The notes beneath the pieces were generated by a model, which saw only the letters and a program-made list of their open reading frames with translations, had not been told where the DNA came from and did no database searches. Of a stretch of 43,915 nt of DNA, positions 36,761-43,915 are shown piece after piece (the stretch's first letter is position 1; each line of letters opens with the position of its first letter). Location of the stretch: positions 1-43,915 of the forward strand of contig SNRW01000015.1 of NCBI GenBank assembly GCA_008636045.1, written 5' to 3'. The DNA comes from Streblomastix strix (lineage: Eukaryota). Both the position numbers and the translations under genes were made by a program.

Positions 36761-37329
36761 TTTGATCGTAAGTCTCAATATAAGGTTCATTCTAGATTAG
36801 TCAAATGAATAGATGTAATTAACTAATTAAAAGTTGATTAGATGAAAAAAGTATAAAGAAAGCTACAATGTTATGTTTTATGAGTGAAAATTAATCAATA
36901 ATAAAGATAAACTATGTCTTTGATTAAAAATCTAAAAATAAATAAAGGATGAATACAAAAAAGAAATGATAACTATAAAATTTTTCAAACTTCGCTGGCT
37001 TTCTAAGAGTATTTTAATATTTCTTATATATTAACCTAATACATAAGAATTTAAAAGTCATTTTTAAATATATAAATAAATTATTTTAAAGCCTAATAAA
37101 AAAATAAAATTATAAAAAATTATATAAAATTTTTTGTTAATTAAAAACCCAATCATAAATTCTAGGTTTTATATAACCTAATCCTTTATAATAAATCTAC
37201 ATTGTTTATTGGAATATAGTTAGACCTGAAATTGGTCGATTCTGACAAAACTCAAAATAACTCGGTTAATACAACATTTTATTGGCCGGTGCCGATCCTC
37301 CTGCTCTTAATATACAACCTGAAAACAAT

Positions 37330-38340
37330 ATGTAAGTGGAATAACCTACAGCCGCTCTCCAAACCCCTCAAATGAAATAATATGCCGTTCTACCTTTCAT
37401 AATGAGTCAACTAAACCAAACAGCTCTTCTTCCTGAAGAGGAACACTAAATCTAATAAATTAATTCTGCAAAGCTCTTAATAGAACAGTATTACAACGAG
37501 AAAGTCGCTGATATGGACACAACAGGTAGACGCGCAACGAAATATGAACTAGAAGCGCTTGAAGATCGTAAATAGTCAACATTGGGTCTGGAGGTGAATA
37601 AAAAGGGCGCAATCGAAAGAGTAGGTGAAGCGGACCCCGAATTCGAAGCAGAAATATGCAAATTAGCGGTTGACGGTCAAAAAGCTGCTGCAACTGCAAT
37701 TACAAGCTTGGCGACTGGAGACTTTGAATCAGCTACGCAATGGATGTTAACATTACACCACTATGATCGAATCATTGCAGGCAAAGCCTAGTAGAGACGA
37801 GAGTAAGCCCTTGCGCCCGACAATTTTGAATGCAGTCTAGGTCCAAATGTAGGCGTTTCCGAAGTCCTTGGTCAAAAATCAAAAGATAAACTCAAGCAAC
37901 AAGCAAAAACAGCCAAATTAATCGAACTACCTAAAGAATCATAAATAACAACTCCTAATTCGATTCAGTAACCTCAAAGCTCCATTCAATAAATTCCAAC
38001 ATCCCGATAAACGTAGCAATATCAACAACTAATTATTTTGATACTAAGATTACCATAACCTTTCAGCTATTAATGCTCTATATTACCAAGTAACTAGTAA
38101 CCGTATAATAATAATTCAAACAACTTTCGCTAATGGAGCCATGGTAGAGGTGGTCGTTTCAAAAGAAATCGATAAGGCATCGTCTCTTTATACCTCAATC
38201 ACTACAATAACCAACTTTAATAACCAAGTTAGTTCCCAAATTTATAATAAAATCAAATTCAATCTCAATTCACGAGCTTACTGCTTAACTAACCAACATC
38301 ATCTAATGTAATTGTAGCTACTCAAGCTATGCATGAATGA
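37330..38340 (+). pseudogene. DIRS ORF1 (gag-like) with a Q/N-rich, RGG-containing tail
   Basis: A single frame from ATG 37330 through ...HHYDRIIAGKAQQRREQALAP...NFRQWSHGRGGRFKRNRQG..., with a premature TGA at 38038. It is the first ORF after the left ITR. Confidence 0.7.
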
Positions 38341-38476
38341 ATCGATCGATTGGAAGACTCTGGAGTAATGAATGATGACTCCAAGAGCGAGAATAATGAT
38401 GATGACTTATGAAAATACCTAATAATAGACAATGAACGAGGGAATAATGCCTCGAACGATGATAGATTTCAATAAT

Positions 38477-40399
38477 GTGCCGGTTTCAAAGAGACTAATG
38501 ACGAGATTGAAGGAATCGAACAAGATCGGAGGCAAATAAATGATCACAAAAGGAGCACCCCGGAATTGATGTCGCCAATAGCACCTCTTCCGCTATAGTA
38601 AATGAAACAACCATGTCAATTCAAAGGTAATCTAATCTTGGAGCAGTAATATCAAAGTAAGTTGAACGATGAGCTCAAAAATGTTATAATCAAGGAAACA
38701 AATTCAATACAGGTTTATAACCCAACATTCATTGTCCCTCGGAAGGATGGAAAACTAAGGAAAATATTGGATTGCAGAAGATTCAACTTCATTACTAAAC
38801 ATGTTCACTTCAAGAAGGATGGTGCAGAACCGTTGATATAAATTCTCCAACAATCAGATTATGCAAAACTCTAAGATTTTAATGATGCTCTCCACCATGC
38901 CCATGTTCAACCGAACATACAACTATTTTTCGGCTTCAAATTTTAGAATAAAAGCTATACAGACCTCGGCCATTCTTTTGCATGGATTCTCAGCCCATTC
39001 TTCTTCAGTAAAACACTAGCAATAGCGATACGAGCAATCAGAACAAAGTAGGAAATTAAGATATAACACTATATGGATTACATAATTTTAATCTATTATT
39101 CAATGGACACTTTGAAATAAACAATACAAGATGTGTTTCGCTTCCTACAGAACCTAGGCTGACGCCTCTCACATAATAAGTGTGTTTTAATACCCATGAT
39201 GACTTTCTAATATATAGGTTGATAATTACAAACTGCATCAATAGAGGTAACAATGACACTAAATAGAAGAAGAAAGTTGAAGATAAAATTAAAAGCTTGG
39301 ATCCAAATGACAAATTAAATATAAATTGTGACAACTAGAAGTTTATCATCTCTGATTGGAGATATTAATTACCTTCGATTTCAATTCATCCAAATATCAC
39401 TTTGGAAGAACTCTCTGAATAACCTAAAAACTAAAGCAGTAGCCAAAGGTGGATGGCAAGCATCAGTGAAGTTGAATAAACAAATTTTGTTAAATTTGTA
39501 ATCAATGCTTATCTTGTTTAAACAAATTAGACCAAGACAACTGAAAGATCGAACCCCGAACATAAACCTGACGACAGATGCTAGCGAAGATAGCTGAGAC
39601 ATGACATTGGATGATTCGAACGAATAAAAATAAGACGTTGGCCAACGGGAGGGTTCTTGGCATCTTCATTTTACTAACTAGAGAGAATAAAAAGCGGTTC
39701 TAATCTCGCTAAGAAGTCAACAACAAACATTAATATACTGGGAAACGAAATGCATTCTTCTCAAGATGGACAATACAACAACGGAGTTTGTGATATGTAA
39801 ATGGAAAGCAGCATCAGCAATTCAACATCTAGTGAGAGAGACTTTTTTTCCTTAATAATCTAGATATAATGATCTACACGGAACATCTTCCTGGGTTGGA
39901 GAACTCGACTGCAAATGCATTGAGCCGCCAGTCATGGATAGGAGATTACCAGATCAACCCAGTTCTTCTTAACGAAGCACTTCAGAAAATCAACTTCCAA
40001 CCTACACTGGACGCATTCGCCCATAAAACAAACTAGTTTTTGAAAAGGTATTGCTCACCTTAAGAAGATAACAAAACAATCGCCAGAAACGCATTGAATA
40101 TTCCATGGACTAACGAGTTACTTCTCCTACATCCTCCCATAGGTCTCATTCCTAAAGTAATTCAGAAGATGATTAGAGATCAAGTAGAAGCAGTATTGAT
40201 ACTTCCAAGATGGTGCTTCTTCAAATACAGAACAATGTTCCCACCAATTCAGAATTATGTAACATTAGGACCATCAGATCAAGTTTTAATTAAATCAAAG
40301 ACAATGAAAGAATTCACAAAACTACTATTAGAAATCAATGAGATGATAAAGATAAATACAATGAAGGAGAGCTACTATACAGAAACCTCGCAGAACTAA
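38477..40399 (+). pseudogene. DIRS reverse transcriptase - RNase H - DAM-like methyltransferase ORF, inactivated
   Basis: RT: NPTFIVPRKDGKLRKILDCR and YMDY in place of YxDD (39070-39081). RNase H: LTTDAS, NQREIKAV, KMDNTT, HLPGLENSTANALSR. MT: LDAFA...LLLHPPIGLIPKV...LILPRW. TGAs at 39160, 39220 and 39595. Confidence 0.9.
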
Positions 40400-41380
40400 C
40401 AAATTTAGACTCAGTTGCAATTGATTAATTGATTGCTGGCATTAAACAAGAGACGTGGATAAATGAAGAGCTGGATTAACTGCACTCGCTAATTATTTGA
40501 AATAAAACAACATCAACATTTCTACTCTACTGGGTAATAAACCTAATGATGAACTAGTTAATGCACTAGCATGGTATAAAGAACATGGAGGGCCAAAACT
40601 CTAAACAAAGAATGAAGAATATGAAGATGCATTGCGGAGTTGTGCTCTCTCAATTCTCACAAATGAATGAAATTAATAATTCATCACTAGTTAAAACCTA
40701 TTCCAAAGGATACGGACTTTCAATCCAATCAAAACCCAGATTTCCAACCATATGGAATCTCCAAATACTCTTTAATTACATCAATATTCATACAGCAACA
40801 ACACCAGAAGATATTCAACATATTGCAATGTCTATGATAGTTTACTTTTGCGCAGATCGTATGAAAGAACTGGTTTTTTATGAAACAATCGGAGATGATT
40901 GATGATATGCACTCCTTATCACTCAAAACTCAAACTTGCAATGGAATGTAAGAAATCATTCACATAATTACATTTGAAGAACGTAATGGCATCCGTTCTC
41001 CAGTTAAAACACTAAGGAAATGGATCCAATAAAGAAATACTGATGGAATTACTGAAGATCAAATATGGTACAGTCATACAAAACATTCACCAGCTAGTTC
41101 TGAATATTGCAGCTGCCAATTAACTACAATTATTAGAAGAGTTGGAATAATATCACCATACACTGGACCAACTATTCACCACGCAATGATGACACAATTA
41201 AAAGCTGCAGGGGCAGCATAAGCCGAAGTGAATGCATTCTCACGACATGCAATTGCATCTAATATAGTCGATATCTATTATAATAGACCTGTAGAACGAG
41301 ATCTCGCTTCAATGCTGATCTTGAATGAAAAGAGGTATATGAATTCAATGAAAACTATATATTTTATATTAAAAAAATGA
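40359..41380 (+). pseudogene. DIRS tyrosine recombinase, frameshifted
   Basis: PRFPTIWNLQILFNYI, FCADRMKEL (first Arg), and YTGPTIHHAMMT...VNAFSRH...IVDIYYNRP (second Arg replaced by His; catalytic Tyr region at ~41276). Confidence 0.85.
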
Positions 41381-43915
41381 AATTATAAGACTTAAAATAA
41401 ATACATTTCTTGGGCATGTTTCGAAAATGGCTTGGATATGGTACGTTCGTCCCATTCAGCAAATATAATTTACTAGACATTAAATGGGCTACAACACAAT
41501 ATCGTTTCAAATGCCCAACAAATAAATACAAATATATATAAATATAAATATAAGCTATATATGGGCCATTTCATAAACACATTTCATAAGCCCAAACGCA
41601 TCAATATTTAACGGGCCACACTACACATCCACTTCACTAGCCCAAAGATCTATAAAATATATCTAAATTATACATGGGCCACTTCACATTATCATTTCAT
41701 AAGCCCAAATTTAATATAAATACTTACCTCTTCTAATGACTACATATTCCAATAAACAATGGAGATTTATTATAATGGATTGGGTTATATAAAACCCAGA
41801 ATTTACGATTTAGTTTTTAATATACCCAGAACATATATAATAAATCTCCATTGAATTTATTTTAAAACAAACACAATACTATCTTACATATACTTTTATT
41901 TTTAATAGTCTCCAATAGCTCGGTGTCTCAGTTCCTTACGCATAAGACGTAGCAGAACTGGAGAATCTTAGGGAAATATAAACAGACGAGGAAAACGATT
42001 AATGCGCGTAGTGATGTTTGTACTGAGATGTTTTCGATCTTTCAACTCCAAAACGAATTTTACTCACATCACTTATTTTTTACCTTAAACATCGTTATTA
42101 GTTTTGTCAGATCCGACCCATTTCAGGTCTAACTATATTCCAATCTACAATGGAGATTTATTATATATGTTCTAGATTTATTAAAAAAAAATTTTAAATA
42201 TAATTTGATGATCTATTTAATATTATTATTATTAATTTTCATGATTTATTTCTACTTGAGTTACATATCTTCAATAAATATATTACTTTTTTTTATAAAT
42301 AGGAGAATAATAAATGCATCTCGAGAAATATAATCTATTAAAGAAATGTTTACATTCTCATTCAAATAATTCATTTTTTAAGTAAATTTTGAAATACAAT
42401 AATTGATATTTTTAATAAATATTCTTCTGCAATCTTTGTAGTTGATAAACCATTATTATTATGCAACTTTACAATCATTTATTCATCATCACAAAGAATA
42501 ATTAGAAATTTAGACAATGTAAGCACATCAACTTCGAACATTTAAGTTTTAACAGTTGGTTAATTCGATATTTTTGACAAAGATTTATTCATGTATCTTA
42601 ATTTCACAATTACTGCAATTTCAAACTCTCATGGAGGTGTCATAATTTAATAAAAATATCCATCTTGGTAATTCACTAGAGAAATAAATTAGCGTTTGCA
42701 CTTTCTTCAATTTTCTAAATTGTTATTTTAAATATAAAATTAAAATGTAATAAACATTTTATTTATATAATTAACATTAAAATAAAATATAACAAATAAT
42801 GCTTGCTCGAATCTATAGATTTATCCGATCTTGAATTTTCAGCGATGTATTGTTCGATTCACAATTCCAAGTGTATTCAAATTTGTTGAATATTTAAATT
42901 ATTATAAAATAAATAATTAAATTTTAATATTTCAATTAAAATTATTACTATAAGAGATAATAATTAGGAAATAATGAAAAAAATAATGTTTTTAGTAGAA
43001 TTGCTCTACAACTGCGCAGCAACTTCAATTAAACTTTATCATTACCTGATAAATGAATAAAATAATTTTTAAATAATAATGAAATTTGATCTTGTAATCT
43101 GATCATTGAGAAAATTAAATTTAGCTTAAAAAATTGTTGCTACGTGATAGTTTAATTGCCATGTTATTCAATATTTGGAAAAATCATAATAATGATATGT
43201 ATCGATTCTAAAATTGGAATATCAATCAAAAACACCTTCAAGTAAAAAAGAAAATGCAGCTGAAAGTTTCATGCTCCAAATTTGATATTTTTAACTTTTT
43301 CTCTGTTGCATATTTTTCCGTATTTATTTATTATTTTTAATAATAAAATTTATCCTAACTTAAATTTAAATATTAGAAATAAAATTGATTAAATTAATTT
43401 TGGAATAATTTTTATCATTTTTTTATTAAAAGTTCATTTTCTCCACTTATAGGTGTCCTGGTAAGTTGGATGTGGTGGGAGAAGATGCATATTACATCAT
43501 AGTATATGTAAACTATAATAAATCAAAAATGTTACATTGAACCTATTTCTATCAAAAATGTGGTCTGGAAAGATAATTAGACATTCAATCACCATTTATT
43601 GTTTGAATACCCCAAAAAGTAACATTTTTCATTGAATTGTGCAATTTTTATTTTTATTAATTGCTAAATTGATATTAAGATTTATGTTGCTTTCAAAATG
43701 AATAAATTTAAGCAATTCGTGAATTTTTTTTTATTCTTTTATTTACTTTGTTTTTTCATTCTATCTCTCTTTTTTTTTTGTATTTTTCTCATTTAACTTC
43801 AGATTTCAGAAAATTAAAGAATAGTAAACCATTTAGTAAATGATAAGACAATTTTAATAGAATATATCATTTATTTAGTAGTGGTGTGAAAATATTTTAA
43901 AAGTGAAATCCAAGA

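Larger units (their letters stand above)
37141..42184 (+). mobile_element. DIRS1-like tyrosine-recombinase retrotransposon, full-length but decayed (right-arm copy)
   Basis: The left ITR (37141-37252) and right ITR (42100-42184) share a ~65-bp inverted core. The ICR (41744-41853) is complementary to both outer ends. RT, RNase H, MT and YR motifs occur in DIRS order, with TTAA at both termini. Confidence 0.93.
22102..43915. repeat. Right arm of the 21.8-kb inverted repeat
   Basis: Reverse complement of 1-21814 at all spots checked, with no coordinate offset anywhere. Confidence 0.98.

Noticed and set aside
39160..39597. Reassignment of all three stop codons (TGA=Trp)
   Set aside because: The genes are clearly pseudogenised by frameshifts and lost catalytic residues, TGA also stands in for Gly and Arg, and intact ORFs terminate at TGA.
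1..43915. Treating the palindrome arms as terminal inverted repeats of one giant element or linear virus
   Set aside because: The arms contain all the genes plus a DIRS insertion and host-like flank, the unique core is only 287 bp, and no telomeric or Polinton-type terminal motifs are seen at the window ends.

Overview
AT-rich eukaryotic (protist) DNA in which TAA/TAG read as Gln and TGA is the stop. The supplied standard-code ORF track therefore shows only fragments and antisense shadows. The whole window is one giant palindrome: arm 1-21814 is the reverse complement of 22102-43915 (position i mirrors 43916-i), around a 287-bp unique spacer. From the outer end inward, each arm carries four blocks: (1) ~1.7 kb of AT-rich flank; (2) a structurally complete but decayed 5.04-kb DIRS1-type tyrosine-recombinase retrotransposon (ITRs, ICR, gag, RT-RNaseH-MTase, YR; TTAA ends); (3) ~1.4 kb of unassigned decayed coding sequence; (4) ~13 kb of a decayed endogenous Polinton/Maverick-like virus (integrase, protein-primed PolB, A32-type packaging ATPase, KilA-N, probable major and minor capsid proteins, small ORFs), cut at the fold-back point. 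The genetic code and protein families resemble those I recall from the oxymonad Streblomastix strix; this is inference, not a search result. Unexplained structure includes a 4-copy phased-repeat intergenic module in the virus, a candidate structured ncRNA, an array of fixed-length 36-bp GGGC-N23-GCCC units in the DIRS 3' region, and an 18-bp inverted repeat linking two capsid-module genes. The palindrome itself may be an amplification or assembly fold-back artifact. All translations were done by eye, and pseudogene boundaries are approximate.
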